64,000 nucleotides of DNA from Waterburya sp. (lineage in GTDB: Bacteria > Cyanobacteriota > Cyanobacteriia > Cyanobacteriales > Xenococcaceae). Both the position numbers and the translations under genes were made by a program. The notes below the pieces were generated by a model. It was not told the DNA's origin and did no database searches. It saw only the letters and a list, made by a program, of their open reading frames with translations. Within the stretch, counting starts at the first letter, position 1, and each line of letters starts with the position of its first letter. This document shows, piece after piece, positions 41,226 through 52,943 of this stretch. The stretch is taken from NCBI GenBank assembly GCA_965217895.1, contig CBDCJV010000002.1, positions 4,992,001 to 5,056,000 on the forward strand, read 5' to 3'.

Positions 41226-43697
41226 TTGAGGATGAGTAAGCAAAGTCTAGATTGGGTAAGATTGCAAAAAGCACTGTCTGTAGAGGCTGAACGAGGCTAT
41301 ACAGATATTGTTGGCAATCAATATCGCTTTAGTGAGTTTCTCTGTCTTAGCTTGGGCAAACCGCCTCAGAATATTGCTGCGGGAGACAAAATGCAGTGGC
41401 ATGATATTGCCCAAAAGTTTGCTGGCTATAGTAATTTAAGTGCTGCCCAAAGAAAGCAGTTGGTTATTGGTACTCGTAATTTTCTTTACAAGCAAAAAGC
41501 GATCGCCGAAACCCCAGATACACCACCAAAGCCAAAAGTTCCCCGCACCGCATCTTTAAGTAGTCCTCAAGCCAAAACTTATTTTAATCAAGAGATTACT
41601 TTAGATCAGCCTTTGAGTCGGGTGATTGATATTGGACGCAGGAGTAATTATCTAGCCAAGTTAGGGTTATATACAGTCAGGGATTTATTATTTTATTATC
41701 CCCGCGATCATCTTGACTATGCCCGTCAGGTGCAAATTGCTAATCTTGAGGCAGGAGAAACCGTCACGGTAATTGGTACGGTTAAAAGCTGTAAGTGCTT
41801 TAGCAGCCCAAAGAATAAAAAATTAACTATCTTTGAATTAATCTTAGTTGATGCTACTGGTAGACTTAAGCTCAATCGCTTTTTAATGGGTGCAAGATTT
41901 AGCCATCGTGGTTCCCAGGAAAGCTATAAGCGAAACTATCCTGTAGGTTCACTAGTAGCTGCTTCGGGGATAGTTAAACAGAATAAATATGGCATTACCC
42001 TAGATAAGCCAGAAATCGAAGTACTAGATGGTGCAGGGGCAAGTATAGAATCAATCAAAATTGGTCGATTGTTGCCCGTATATCCTTTAACCGAAGGTGT
42101 TCCTGCTGATACGGTTAGAAAGTCGATTATTGCTGCTTTACCTACTGCTGCCCAATTGCCAGATCCTCTGCCAAGCGAACTGCGTAACCATTATGGCTTA
42201 GTAAAACTAAAAAATGCGATCGCCTGTATTCATTTTCCCGAAAACCGCGAAGAACTTGACCACGCCAGACGTAGATTAGTCTTTGATGAGTTTTTCTATC
42301 TTCAGCTAGGCTTTTTGCAACGTCGTCAACAGCTAAGACAAAATCAATCTAGTGCTAGCTTTGCCCCTAAAGGCGAGTTAATCGAACAATTTAATCAGAT
42401 ATTACCCTTTAAGCTAACTAACGCTCAAGCCAGAGTAGTTAACGAGATATTTAAAGACTTGGGTACTTCTGATACGCCCATGAATCGTCTAGTACAGGGG
42501 GATGTGGGTTCAGGAAAAACTATTGTGGCAGTGTATGCCATCCTCGCTGCTATTCAGTCTGGTTATCAGGCAGCACTCATGGCACCAACGGAAGTATTAG
42601 CCGAACAGCATTATCGTAAGTTGGTAAGTTGGTTTAACCTATTGCATCTGCCCGTAGAGTTACTTACGGGTTCAACTAAAACCGCTAAACGACGAGAAAT
42701 CCATTCTCAATTAGAAAATGGCGAACTGCCTCTTTTAGTCGGTACTCATGCCTTAATTCAAGATCCAGTCAACTTTTATAAGTTAGGTTTAGCTGTAATC
42801 GATGAACAGCATCGCTTTGGGGTACAGCAGCGATCGCGTTTACTAAATAAAGGAAAATCGCCTCACGTTTTAACTATGACCGCTACGCCTATTCCTCGCA
42901 CCCTGGCTTTAACTCTCCATGGTGATTTAGACGTTAGCCAGATCGATGAATTACCTCCTGGTAGACAGGCAATTCTAACTATGGCAAAAAAAGGTAAGGA
43001 TCGCCAAAAAGTCTATGACTTAATTCGTCGTGAAATTGCCCAAGGCAGACAGGCTTATATTATTTTCCCTTTGGTAGAAGAATCAGAAAAGCTCGACCTC
43101 AAAGCTGCCACCGAAGAACATCAAAGATTATCTGAGGTAATTTTTCCAGAGTTCAAAATTGCTTTGTTACATGGTCGCCTGAACTCAGCCGATAAAGATG
43201 CAGCTTTAAGTTCTTTTCGCAATAATGAGTGCCAAATTATTGTCTCCACTACGGTAATTGAGGTAGGAGTAGACGTACCTAACGCCACGGTAATGGTAAT
43301 TGAAAATGCCGAGCGTTTTGGTTTATCCCAATTACATCAGTTACGGGGACGAGTTGGCAGAGGCAACAGTAAGTCTTATTGCTTCTTAATGAGCAGTACT
43401 AAAAATGTCGAAGCCAGACAGCGTTTAGCCGTGCTAGAAGAATCCCAAGATGGCTTTTTTATCTCCGAAGCAGATATGCGTTTTCGAGGCCCTGGGGCAG
43501 TATTAGGCACTCGTCAGTCAGGTTTACCAGATTTCGCTTTAGCTAGCCTTGTAGAAGATCAAGAAGTGCTGAATTTAGCCAGAGAAGCAGCAGAAAAAAT
43601 TATTGCTGCCGATAAGCTGCTTGATAATTCACCATCTTTAAAACAAGAATTGGAAATCCGCTATCGTCGGATGATGGGTGGGGATATTTTAAATTAA
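41226..43697 (+). CDS. recG: ATP-dependent DNA helicase RecG
   Basis: RLVQGDVGSGKT, DEQHRFG, MTATPIPRT and QLHQLRGRVGRG. Confidence 0.97.
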   Translation: MRMSKQSLDWVRLQKALSVEAERGYTDIVGNQYRFSEFLCLSLGKPPQNIAAGDKMQWHDIAQKFAGYSNLSAAQRKQLVIGTRNFLYKQKAIAETPDTPPKPKVPRTASLSSPQAKTYFNQEITLDQPLSRVIDIGRRSNYLAKLGLYTVRDLLFYYPRDHLDYARQVQIANLEAGETVTVIGTVKSCKCFSSPKNKKLTIFELILVDATGRLKLNRFLMGARFSHRGSQESYKRNYPVGSLVAASGIVKQNKYGITLDKPEIEVLDGAGASIESIKIGRLLPVYPLTEGVPADTVRKSIIAALPTAAQLPDPLPSELRNHYGLVKLKNAIACIHFPENREELDHARRRLVFDEFFYLQLGFLQRRQQLRQNQSSASFAPKGELIEQFNQILPFKLTNAQARVVNEIFKDLGTSDTPMNRLVQGDVGSGKTIVAVYAILAAIQSGYQAALMAPTEVLAEQHYRKLVSWFNLLHLPVELLTGSTKTAKRREIHSQLENGELPLLVGTHALIQDPVNFYKLGLAVIDEQHRFGVQQRSRLLNKGKSPHVLTMTATPIPRTLALTLHGDLDVSQIDELPPGRQAILTMAKKGKDRQKVYDLIRREIAQGRQAYIIFPLVEESEKLDLKAATEEHQRLSEVIFPEFKIALLHGRLNSADKDAALSSFRNNECQIIVSTTVIEVGVDVPNATVMVIENAERFGLSQLHQLRGRVGRGNSKSYCFLMSSTKNVEARQRLAVLEESQDGFFISEADMRFRGPGAVLGTRQSGLPDFALASLVEDQEVLNLAREAAEKIIAADKLLDNSPSLKQELEIRYRRMMGGDILN

Positions 43698-43765
43698 TTT
43701 TATAAGATAATAAATTTTCGTAGGTTGCTATACTCATAATGTTTTTTTAACCTCGATCGCTCTAG

Positions 43766-44551
43766 TCAAAGAGCTTCTGAAATGACTAAAATACGATAAC
43801 CAGCATCATATTCAGCTTGCTGTTGGAGATAGCCATATTTTTGTGACCAAGCACTACTATTAATATCTGTGGTTAATTTATCGATGCCTGCTTCTAATTC
43901 ATCGGCAGGCATTTTGGAGAAAGAAGAAATACCGTTGCGTACTTCTGGATCTAAATAAATTTTAGGTTGGCACCAACCAGCAGCAGCAAAGCGATGGCTT
44001 AAATCTTGAGGCAACAAAAAAGGGATTATCTCTACTTGCTTGTGGGTAATCTGCCTAATCTGTGTAGCGATATCTTGCGTACTGGGAAAAGTAGCTAAAG
44101 TATCTTGAATAAAGTAGGGAAAATATTCCGTAAGCCAAAAATCAGGAATTTTACTTTGTTCAAACGCAAAAATGACTATTCTTCCCTTACCTACAAGCCG
44201 ATTGATTTCTTTAATACTCGCTGCAATGTTTTGAAAGTGATGTAGTGCCAACATAACTATTGCCCCGTCAACAGAATTATCAGCTAAGGGAATTTGTGCC
44301 GCAGCAGCAGTTATCCATTTAACCTTCTTGTGCGGTTGTGCTTGAGCCTGCATAACTTCTGATGGCTCGACGGCAATTACTGAATAACCCTGACTAGCGA
44401 TCGCATTACTGTAATTTCCCGTACCTGCACCAACATCAGCAATTGTTGTTTTTAAGGGTAAATTTAGCAGAGCGATCAATCTCTCAATAATTCTAGAGTC
44501 TGGCTGACGGGAGTGGTTATATCCTTGACCGATGGAATTATATAAAGTCAT
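43766..44551 (-). CDS. Class I SAM-dependent methyltransferase
   Basis: IADVGAGTG motif I and IPLADNSVD. Confidence 0.88.
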   Translation of the reverse strand: MTLYNSIGQGYNHSRQPDSRIIERLIALLNLPLKTTIADVGAGTGNYSNAIASQGYSVIAVEPSEVMQAQAQPHKKVKWITAAAAQIPLADNSVDGAIVMLALHHFQNIAASIKEINRLVGKGRIVIFAFEQSKIPDFWLTEYFPYFIQDTLATFPSTQDIATQIRQITHKQVEIIPFLLPQDLSHRFAAAGWCQPKIYLDPEVRNGISSFSKMPADELEAGIDKLTTDINSSAWSQKYGYLQQQAEYDAGYRILVISEAL

Positions 44552-44682
44552 CTAATATTTAGATTAGATTTATGCGCATGAATAAAATATTAGGTTCCTA
44601 GGTTCCTGATTATCTGCTATTCAAAGTTAGTAGTTAATAGTTTTCTGACTACAAACGATGAACTACTCACTACCAACTAAAC

Positions 44683-46176
44683 TCAAACCTTTGTTTCTTC
44701 TAACATCAACTTAGAACGTCTAATATCTTCGGGAATAGATACGGGATAGTCGCCTGTAAAGCAAGCCGAACAGAAATTTTTGGTGTTTTCTTGAGTTGCT
44801 TCTAGCATTCCCTCCCAGCTTAAATAAGCCAAGGTATCGACACCGATTCGTTCTTCAATTTCCTTGACAGACTTAGTTGCAGCAATAAGCTGCTTTTGGT
44901 TATCTGTATCAATGCCATAAAAACAGGGGTGAGTCACGGGAGGAGAAGAGATTCTCATGTGAACTTCAGTTGCGCCTGCGTCTCTGAGGGTTTTGACAAT
45001 TTTCTTGCTGGTTGTACCTCGAACGATAGAATCATCCACAATAATAATTCTTTTACCCTGTAAAGCATCTTTGAGGGTATTTAGCTTCATACGGATGCCA
45101 GCCTCACGCATACTTTGGGTAGGCTGGATAAAGGTACGCCCTACATAGCGATTTTTAATCAACCCTTCCCCATAAGTAAGCCCAGATTCACGGGAAAAAC
45201 CGATTGCCGCTGGAATTCCTGAATCAGGCACACCTATAACCAAATCGGCATCTACAAAAGATTCTTTTGCTAGCTGTCTGCCTAAGCGGATACGGTAGCT
45301 ATAAAGAGTTTCATCGTGCATCACGCTATCAGGACGAGCAAAGTAAATCATTTCAAAAATACAAAGCTTTTTCTCTACTTCTTCTGCCCAATCAACTGAT
45401 TTTAAGCCAGAATCTGTAATCCAAACTAGTTCTCCAGGGTTTACGTCTCGCACGTATTCCGCACCAATAATATCTAAACCACAGGTTTCTGAAGATAGCA
45501 CATAACGTTTTTTTTGTTCATCTTCTCCTGATAAAACACCAATTACTAACGGACGAATGCCATTGCGATCGCGTGCGCCCATTAAGCCAGCAGGAGTGGC
45601 AATTGTCAAGCTGTATGCGCCTGTACATAGTTTAAAGGCACTAATAGCAGCCTGTAACCAATCTTTGCCGTTGTCAACTTCATCAGCCAAGGTTAAGGCA
45701 ATCATTTCTGAGTCGGTAGAGGTAATGAAGTTAGCATCTCTCTGGCTCAGGTGCTTTCTTAGCTCTACGGCGTTAACCAAATTACCATTATGAGCCAAAG
45801 CCAACTTGCCCAGTCTAGTATCTAAAACAACGGGTTGAGCATTCTCTTTTAAGCTAGAGCCTGTGGTTGAGTAGCGAGTATGACCAACCGCTATTTCGCC
45901 AGGTAGCTGCTCTAAAATCTCTTCATTAAATACTTGAGATACCAAGCCCATGTCTTTATGACAGTAAATATCTCCTTTATTTAAAGTAGCGATTCCTGCT
46001 GACTCTTGCCCCCGATGCTGTAGAGCATACAAACCAAAATAGGTAAGTTTAGCCACCTCCAACGCTTTATCTGGGGCATATACCCCAAAAACACCACAGG
46101 CTTCTTCTGGTTTGTCTTCACGCTGACTGCTCATTAGAGAATCTTCTGTCCAATCGAAAGACTGTTGTGGCATCAT
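44683..46176 (-). CDS. purF: Amidophosphoribosyltransferase
   Basis: Propeptide then CGVFG, LQHRGQESAG, GHTRYST and VDDSIVRGTT. Confidence 0.97.
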   Translation of the reverse strand: MMPQQSFDWTEDSLMSSQREDKPEEACGVFGVYAPDKALEVAKLTYFGLYALQHRGQESAGIATLNKGDIYCHKDMGLVSQVFNEEILEQLPGEIAVGHTRYSTTGSSLKENAQPVVLDTRLGKLALAHNGNLVNAVELRKHLSQRDANFITSTDSEMIALTLADEVDNGKDWLQAAISAFKLCTGAYSLTIATPAGLMGARDRNGIRPLVIGVLSGEDEQKKRYVLSSETCGLDIIGAEYVRDVNPGELVWITDSGLKSVDWAEEVEKKLCIFEMIYFARPDSVMHDETLYSYRIRLGRQLAKESFVDADLVIGVPDSGIPAAIGFSRESGLTYGEGLIKNRYVGRTFIQPTQSMREAGIRMKLNTLKDALQGKRIIIVDDSIVRGTTSKKIVKTLRDAGATEVHMRISSPPVTHPCFYGIDTDNQKQLIAATKSVKEIEERIGVDTLAYLSWEGMLEATQENTKNFCSACFTGDYPVSIPEDIRRSKLMLEETKV

Positions 46177-46439
46177 GCTCTTGACTTGCTCCTATTTGGC
46201 GGTAATAAGTATTTAAAATGGTTGTTGATGTTTTTCACATCTTTTAGCCTGACCGCTTCGAGAATAATTGTAATTGTGTTAAGGCTGGACTATAAATTTT
46301 AGAACAATTGACTTTTCTATTTAAGAAACCGTAACCAGAAATAAAACTGCCTTTATTTCTAGCAAGTTGTGTCATTATCTCGCTAGAATAATCGATTAAA
46401 AGATTTTAATTTTCAATCTTTTAATATAGTAATTAGGTA

Positions 46440-48761
46440 CTAAAAAGCTAACCTATTCTCTATTGCCTGTTTCCAGGTAGTAGATAATAAACTGATCTTA
46501 ACATTAATTAACGTAAGATTATCATCGGTTAAAATGTTTAAATCCGAATTAGATTGATTTACTATCCCGATTTTTGTCCAGCGATCGCTTAAATTATCAG
46601 TCAAGTATGCCTCCCAAGCTTTAACTACCTCAGATCTAACCGACACCACAATTTGACCAGTAACTTCGCCAAACAGCACTTCATCTAAGCGTTGGGAATC
46701 AGACACGGGAATACTAACAGTTGCACCCAAGTTTTTACCGATACAGGCTTCTGCCAAGGTAACTGCCAAGCCACCTTCTGCAAGATCGTGAGCCGAGCTA
46801 ATCCATTTTTGGCGTATTCCCTGACGACAAGCTGCTTGAATTTTACGCTCTAATTCAAAATCAACTACAGGGGGTTTCCCTGCTACCGTGTTGTGAATTG
46901 CAGCCAGGTATTCTGATGCGCCTAAAGCTGGCTGAGAATTACCGAGTAAGTAAATAATATCGCCTTCATGTTGCCAAGCTTGCCCACAAATTTTAGTAAT
47001 ATCAGGTATCAAACCCACCATACCAATTACGGGAGTGGGATATATAGGCTGGGGATTTCCTTGAGAATCAAGTGTCTCATTATACAGAGAAACATTTCCG
47101 CCAGTAACGGGAGTAGACATTTCTCGGCAAGCATCCGCTACACCATGACAGGCGTTAGCTAGCTGCCAGTAACCTACTGGTTTTTCTGGACTACCAAAAT
47201 TAAGGTTGTCCGTAACTGCTATCGGTTCAGCCCCGACACAGCTTAGGTTTCGGGCAGCTTCAGCCACGGCAGCTTTTGCCCCTTCATAAGGATCTAAATA
47301 TACATAGCGGGGATTGCAGTCGGTGGTGGCAGCTACGCCAATAGTACAGTCTTCTGGTTTGGCATCCAGGGGGCGAATTCTAATTACTGCTGCGTCTGCA
47401 CCGCCTGGTAAAAGAATGGTGTTGTTTTGTACCTGATGGTCATATTGGCGGTATACCCATTGCTTTGAGGCGATAGTGGGAGTATCTAGTAGTTGCAGTA
47501 GAATTTCGTTCCAGGTTTTATATGTTCCCTGCACGTCTATACCCTGATAATCGCACCCAGGTAAGCTATCAGCCGTCCATTTGGCAGCTTCTTTGGCATA
47601 AGCAGGAGGTTCAGTTAGTAATTCTCGTTTGTAGATAGGAGTATCATCAGCTAAGGCAGTAGCGGTAACTTCTGCTGCTATACTTCCTTGATATAAGATT
47701 CTAACTACTGGTTCTTCGATCACCGAACCTGCCACTACAGCTTGAAGTCCCCAACGGTGGAAAATATCAATCAGTTCTTGTTCTCGTCCTTTTTCGGCAA
47801 CAAACAGCATTCTTTCCTGAGATTCTGAGAGTAAATACTCATAGGGAGTCATGCCTGTTTCTCTGGCGGGGATTTTATCCAAATCCAATTCAATGCCTAC
47901 ACCGCCTTTATCTGCCATCTCCGAAGTAGAACAGGTTAATCCTGCTGCACCCATATCCTGCGCTGCCACCACCGCACCCGTTTTAAAAGCTTCTAAACAA
48001 GCTTCCACTAGTGACTTTTCTAAAAAAGGATCGCCTACCTGTACCGCAGGGCGATTATCCAGAGAATTGTCAGTTAATTCTGAACTGGCAAAACTCGCCC
48101 CTCCCATGCCGTCTCGACCAGTGGTTGAGCCAACATATAATACAGGATTACTAATGCCTGATGCGCCAGATTTGACAATCTCCTCGGTTTCCATCAGACC
48201 TAATGCCATGGCGTTGACCAAAGGATTGCCTGTATAAGCCCGATCAAAATAGATTTCTCCGCCTACCGTCGGTACGCCGATGCAGTTGCCATAGTGAGAT
48301 ATACCCTCAACCACACCCTGAAAAATACGTCTGGTGCGAGCATCTTCTAAGTTGCCGAAGCGTAGGGAATTGAGAATAGCAATAGGACGCGCACCCATCG
48401 TAAAAATGTCTCGTAGAATTCCGCCTACTCCTGTGGCTGCACCTTGAAAAGGCTCAACTGCTGAAGGGTGATTATGAGATTCAATTTTAAAAGCTAGCTG
48501 TAAACCATTGCCAAGATCTACTACGCCTGCATTTTCTCCTGGCCCAACTAAAACTCTTTTGCCCGTTGTGGGAAACTGACTTAATAACGGTCGAGAATTT
48601 TTATAGCAGCAGTGTTCTGACCACATGACCCCAAACATTCCTAATTCTGCTTTGTTGGGATGGCGACCTAAGCGATTGACAATTTCTTGGTATTCTTCTG
48701 GTTTAATCCCTTCGGCAGCAATTTCGCCCAGACTAAAAGGAGCAGATCTCATCTCAGACAT
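46440..48761 (-). CDS. purL: Phosphoribosylformylglycinamidine synthase subunit PurL
   Basis: [25 protein letters not shown] and LSESQERM. Confidence 0.97.
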   Translation of the reverse strand: MSEMRSAPFSLGEIAAEGIKPEEYQEIVNRLGRHPNKAELGMFGVMWSEHCCYKNSRPLLSQFPTTGKRVLVGPGENAGVVDLGNGLQLAFKIESHNHPSAVEPFQGAATGVGGILRDIFTMGARPIAILNSLRFGNLEDARTRRIFQGVVEGISHYGNCIGVPTVGGEIYFDRAYTGNPLVNAMALGLMETEEIVKSGASGISNPVLYVGSTTGRDGMGGASFASSELTDNSLDNRPAVQVGDPFLEKSLVEACLEAFKTGAVVAAQDMGAAGLTCSTSEMADKGGVGIELDLDKIPARETGMTPYEYLLSESQERMLFVAEKGREQELIDIFHRWGLQAVVAGSVIEEPVVRILYQGSIAAEVTATALADDTPIYKRELLTEPPAYAKEAAKWTADSLPGCDYQGIDVQGTYKTWNEILLQLLDTPTIASKQWVYRQYDHQVQNNTILLPGGADAAVIRIRPLDAKPEDCTIGVAATTDCNPRYVYLDPYEGAKAAVAEAARNLSCVGAEPIAVTDNLNFGSPEKPVGYWQLANACHGVADACREMSTPVTGGNVSLYNETLDSQGNPQPIYPTPVIGMVGLIPDITKICGQAWQHEGDIIYLLGNSQPALGASEYLAAIHNTVAGKPPVVDFELERKIQAACRQGIRQKWISSAHDLAEGGLAVTLAEACIGKNLGATVSIPVSDSQRLDEVLFGEVTGQIVVSVRSEVVKAWEAYLTDNLSDRWTKIGIVNQSNSDLNILTDDNLTLINVKISLLSTTWKQAIENRLAF

Positions 48762-48833
48762 AAATATCTTTAGACAAATGACACAGGGTTAATTGTATCG
48801 CAGTACGTCAATCGGTTAGGACTAAAAAATATA

Positions 48834-50243
48834 TTAATTGTCAGCATTTTCAACATCGACTGACAAGCAAATAGTAAAGCAAGTTCTATTAGGTTCAGAC
48901 TCTAAATAAATAGCCCCACGATGACGATTTTCCACAATGCGTCGAACATTATCCAAACCTAAGCCAGAACCTTTACCTACGGATTTGGTAGTAAAAAATG
49001 GCTCAAAAATACGAGATTTGATTTCAGGAGAAATGCCTGTTCCCGAGTCAATAATTTTTATCTTCAGGCGATCGCCTTCATTCAAAGTAACAATCTCAAT
49101 TGTGCCTTTATCTTTGATCGCATCAATCGCATTATCAATTAGGTTTGTCCAAACTTGATTTAGTTCACTGCCATAAGCCTGAATTTGGGGAAGAGTGCGA
49201 TCGTAAACGCGGTTGATTTTTACTCCCTGTTTTAGTTTATGAGACAATAATTGCAGGGTGTCTTCTAAGCCTTGATGAATATCAACTAGCTGTTTAGCAC
49301 CACGATCCAAGTGGGAATAGGAACGCATAGACTGAACCAGCCCAGAAACTCGCTCCGCACCCCGCAATCCTGATTGAATCATCGTCATCACTTCAAAAGA
49401 TAAAGCCAGCCAGCGCAAACCCATATCTCGCAATTCTGTAGGATTGTCTCGCCAACGGGATATCAGCCGCTCTAGAATTTGCGTCTCCACATTCCCTGCT
49501 GCTAAAGGTTCTGATAGCTTCCAAGCATCTTTGACCCCATAGTCTTCTAGCCACTCTAGAATTGCGTCTTCGCGATCCATCGTTGCTAGTGGTTTAGAGC
49601 GATTATTGATAATAAACTCATAGCCATCGTCTCTAACCTTGAGCCATTGTTCTGTATGCTCATTATCTATATTATTCTGTCCATAAACCAAGTTCATGCG
49701 CTGCAACTCTACCATAGCGGGAGTAATATCTTTGAGGGCGCGAACTACCGCAGCAGCAGGATTATTGAGTTCATGAGCCAAACCAGCAGCCAGAGTTCCT
49801 AATGCTGCCATTTTTTCACGATTTTGCACAAATGACTCTAATCCTCGCACTCGATTTTGGACTATCTTAAATATTGTTCTCTCAAAGTCACGGCATTCGT
49901 GTACTAGCTTCAGAAAATCTGCTCCCTCAATTTCGTATAGGCAACAGTCAGTCAATGCTTGTAAGGTAACAGGTACAGGATCGTCGCTGAGAATCGGAAT
50001 TTCCCCAAAGAAAGAAAGATTTTGATGCTGCCCCACAGGTATTTGTAAGCCTTCGCTCAATCGAGTAAGACCGATACTGCCTGAAAGCATAATAAAAAAG
50101 CCCCTTCCAGGATCTCCTTCTCTAACTAAGATTTCTCCTTTGTTCAGCTTTATTTCTGTAGCGCGATCGCAAATCCAGTCCAGGCGATCGCTTGGTAATT
50201 TCTGAAATAGTTCTAGCCTCAAAAGTTCTGACGAACACAGCAT
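48834..50243 (-). CDS. Soluble sensor histidine kinase with an N-terminal cNMP-binding domain
   Basis: cNMP fold (EGDPG..FF, FFGE), H-box LAHELNNP, NLIDNA, DSGTG, FEPFFTTK and GSGLGL. Confidence 0.92.
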   Translation of the reverse strand: MLCSSELLRLELFQKLPSDRLDWICDRATEIKLNKGEILVREGDPGRGFFIMLSGSIGLTRLSEGLQIPVGQHQNLSFFGEIPILSDDPVPVTLQALTDCCLYEIEGADFLKLVHECRDFERTIFKIVQNRVRGLESFVQNREKMAALGTLAAGLAHELNNPAAAVVRALKDITPAMVELQRMNLVYGQNNIDNEHTEQWLKVRDDGYEFIINNRSKPLATMDREDAILEWLEDYGVKDAWKLSEPLAAGNVETQILERLISRWRDNPTELRDMGLRWLALSFEVMTMIQSGLRGAERVSGLVQSMRSYSHLDRGAKQLVDIHQGLEDTLQLLSHKLKQGVKINRVYDRTLPQIQAYGSELNQVWTNLIDNAIDAIKDKGTIEIVTLNEGDRLKIKIIDSGTGISPEIKSRIFEPFFTTKSVGKGSGLGLDNVRRIVENRHRGAIYLESEPNRTCFTICLSVDVENADN

Positions 50244-50303
50244 GACAAAATATCCTAAAAAATAATAAATACTAGTATTTTAAGAGGATTCATAGTTGTG
50301 ATT

Positions 50304-50726
50304 TTATTTCTGTAGATACGCGCACCACTTAGCAGCTAAAGAAATATCCGTAAAAGGTATTTGTCTAGTTGGTTCTTGGTCAACAAAGCTAAATTCTAAG
50401 GCGGTTTTACCCTTACGAGGAAGATTATTGAGTTCTTCTGAACTGTTTGAAGTAATGCCAATAGGTTTATCGTTTACCAATAAGTTAATCTCTTTGACTC
50501 GATCTAAAGAAAAGCTATCTAAGTCAATCATTCCTTTGCGGGTAGGCTTGCCCCAGATAATTTGGCGATTTTTGACACCCAAAACGGAGTAAATATCGAA
50601 CTTGGCATTATCAAAACCTTCCGCCCAAATTTTATAAGCCTCTAATTTTCGATATTCATTCCAGCCACTCCACGCTAACCAAATAAATGCTCCCAGCAAG
50701 GGCAGCCATAATAGTCCTCTTTCCAT
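50304..50726 (-). CDS. Conserved hypothetical protein with an N-terminal TM helix
   Basis: MERGLLWLPLL..FIWLAWSGWNEY.K. Confidence 0.7.
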   Translation of the reverse strand: MERGLLWLPLLGAFIWLAWSGWNEYRKLEAYKIWAEGFDNAKFDIYSVLGVKNRQIIWGKPTRKGMIDLDSFSLDRVKEINLLVNDKPIGITSNSSEELNNLPRKGKTALEFSFVDQEPTRQIPFTDISLAAKWCAYLQK

Positions 50727-50949
50727 ACTTTTTATTAATTTCTTTTTCTTAGTGTAAGTTATTTATTTGGTCAAATAAACAAGGTTTACTCAAGGTAATT
50801 GTGAATTTGTATTTTTCAATATTTATTTTAAGTTGTGCCTAAAAATCTTGAGAAGCTTATATTATTTTTAGATAAGAAGAAAGAATCTGTAAACATTTCA
50901 GCATTTGCCAGCCAACTACTATTAATGCTTTTAAAAAGTAGATGAACTT

Positions 50950-51603
50950 ATGACAGAAACTATCAATCAGTCTCAAGAGGCTACAATTTTAAATAACTTT
51001 CAAAAATTGGTAAAGTCTTCCTACGGAGATTTTACGGCTATTGGTCAAATGTCTCATGCTCTAAATGATTCAGATACGCTCAAAAACATTGTGGAATTTC
51101 TCAGCTTAACCCCTCGTGGCAAACAAGCTTTTATAGATCGTCCTTTGTTGGGAAAAATTGATTTACAACAATTGCATCAACTACCTAATCATACATTCGG
51201 CTATAGATATGCCGATCACATGATCGAAAATAAATTAACTCCACTGAACGTTGAAAAAGTGGCAGATAATCCATCTCAATTCTTGAATATCCATATTGGT
51301 GAAACTCACGATATCTGGCACGTCGCTACAGGATCTAATACTGATAAGGCAGGTGAGGTTCAGCTAGAAGCTTTTTATACGGCACAGCTTGTGCCAGATC
51401 GTTTGTTTCTGAGCTTAATTGCTAAAAATTTGCTTAAAACTGCAATGTACGAAGTTGAACTTTCTGAGCAGATTATGAATGGTTTAACCCAGGGCTGGAT
51501 CATGGGTAAACGGGCAAAACCGCTTTTTGGCATTCAATGGAATAAACTATGGGAAACGTCTTTAGAAGATGTGCAGACATCTTTGCAGATTAAACCAGTC
51601 TAA
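50950..51603 (+). CDS. Coq4 family protein
   Basis: L..LP..TFG..Y and HDIWHV.TG.....GE metal motif. Confidence 0.8.
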   Translation: MTETINQSQEATILNNFQKLVKSSYGDFTAIGQMSHALNDSDTLKNIVEFLSLTPRGKQAFIDRPLLGKIDLQQLHQLPNHTFGYRYADHMIENKLTPLNVEKVADNPSQFLNIHIGETHDIWHVATGSNTDKAGEVQLEAFYTAQLVPDRLFLSLIAKNLLKTAMYEVELSEQIMNGLTQGWIMGKRAKPLFGIQWNKLWETSLEDVQTSLQIKPV

Positions 51604-51632
51604 AACTTAGTTTCCAGACTGGTATCCTATTT

Positions 51633-52706
51633 TCATTTCTCAGATTGAGAAATGTCTTCTACTTCAATAATTCCTCCACCCAGAACCATTTCCCCACTAT
51701 AAAATACCGCTGCTTGACCAGGTGTTACCCCAAACTGATGTTCGGCGAACATAACTTTGATCCGAGAGTTGGCGAGGGGAATTATTTGGGCAGAGACAGG
51801 TTTGGAGCGATAGCGAATTTGGACTTCAGCTTGAATTGGCGTGGTTGGTTCGGCAATAGAAACCCAGTTTAACCTAGAAACAGTGCATTCTAAGCGTCCT
51901 CCTGCATGGCGATCGCCAACCACAACCCGATTCATTACCGCATCTAACTTGACTACGTATAAAGGTTCAGCAGCAGCAATACCTAAGCCCCTTCTTTGCC
52001 CAATGGTGTAGTGATGAATGCCCGTATGTTTACCCAAGACATTGCCCGCCATGTCTACAATATCGCCTTCTTTTTGGTTGATATAGCGGTCTAAAAAGGT
52101 TTGCATTGAGCCATGAGCCTCTACTAAACACAGATCTTGACTTTCGGGTTTGTCCGCTGTGGCTAAACCAAATTCTGCTGCGACTCTACGAGTTTCTTCT
52201 TTGGTTTGATTTCCCAAAGGAAAAACCGAACCCGCCAGCAATTCTTGAGTCAGATCGTAAAGAAAATAAGACTGATCCTTATGGCGATCTACGGCTCTTA
52301 GAAGCTGATAGCGATCGCTTTGTGGATCGTAATTAATACGAGCATAATGACCCGTGGCAATTTTATCTGTGTCTAGTTCTTTTTTGGCGTAGTCCAACAT
52401 GGGGGAAAACTTCACTGCTCGATTGCATTGAGAACAAGGTAGAGGAGTAATTCCTGCTTGATAACCGCTAACTAGAAAATCAATAATATTTTCTTGAAAT
52501 ACATCTCGACTATCGACAATATGGTGGGGAATTTCTAATTCTTCACACAGTCGTGCAGCATCCACCATACCTTCAGAGCAGCACTGACCTTTCCCCTTCA
52601 TTAACCAGAGGGTAAGACCAATCACTTCGTAACCTTGATAATGTAGGGTGGCAGCAGCAACAGAACTGTCAACTCCGCCAGACAAGCCGACAACGACCTT
52701 ATTCAT
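51633..52706 (-). CDS. mnmA: tRNA-specific 2-thiouridylase
   Basis: [29 protein letters not shown] and TPGQAAVFY. Confidence 0.97.
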   Translation of the reverse strand: MNKVVVGLSGGVDSSVAAATLHYQGYEVIGLTLWLMKGKGQCCSEGMVDAARLCEELEIPHHIVDSRDVFQENIIDFLVSGYQAGITPLPCSQCNRAVKFSPMLDYAKKELDTDKIATGHYARINYDPQSDRYQLLRAVDRHKDQSYFLYDLTQELLAGSVFPLGNQTKEETRRVAAEFGLATADKPESQDLCLVEAHGSMQTFLDRYINQKEGDIVDMAGNVLGKHTGIHHYTIGQRRGLGIAAAEPLYVVKLDAVMNRVVVGDRHAGGRLECTVSRLNWVSIAEPTTPIQAEVQIRYRSKPVSAQIIPLANSRIKVMFAEHQFGVTPGQAAVFYSGEMVLGGGIIEVEDISQSEK

Positions 52707-52943
52707 GAAATTAACTGATATAAATACTACTAACTTCTATGGATGATATTGAGGATATTTAGAAAATAAGAATATCCTTTCTTCAACGATAACAATTTGC
52801 AACAGGTGCGATCATTCTATACAATATCTTATTTTAATAATTCTAGCTGCGATTTTCCTTAGTCACAAAAATCGCGATCGCCATCTCCTTGGTCTTGCTT
52901 TTTATAGCTAATTTGAATATGGTCTTTAAGTTTTAAATAGTGA

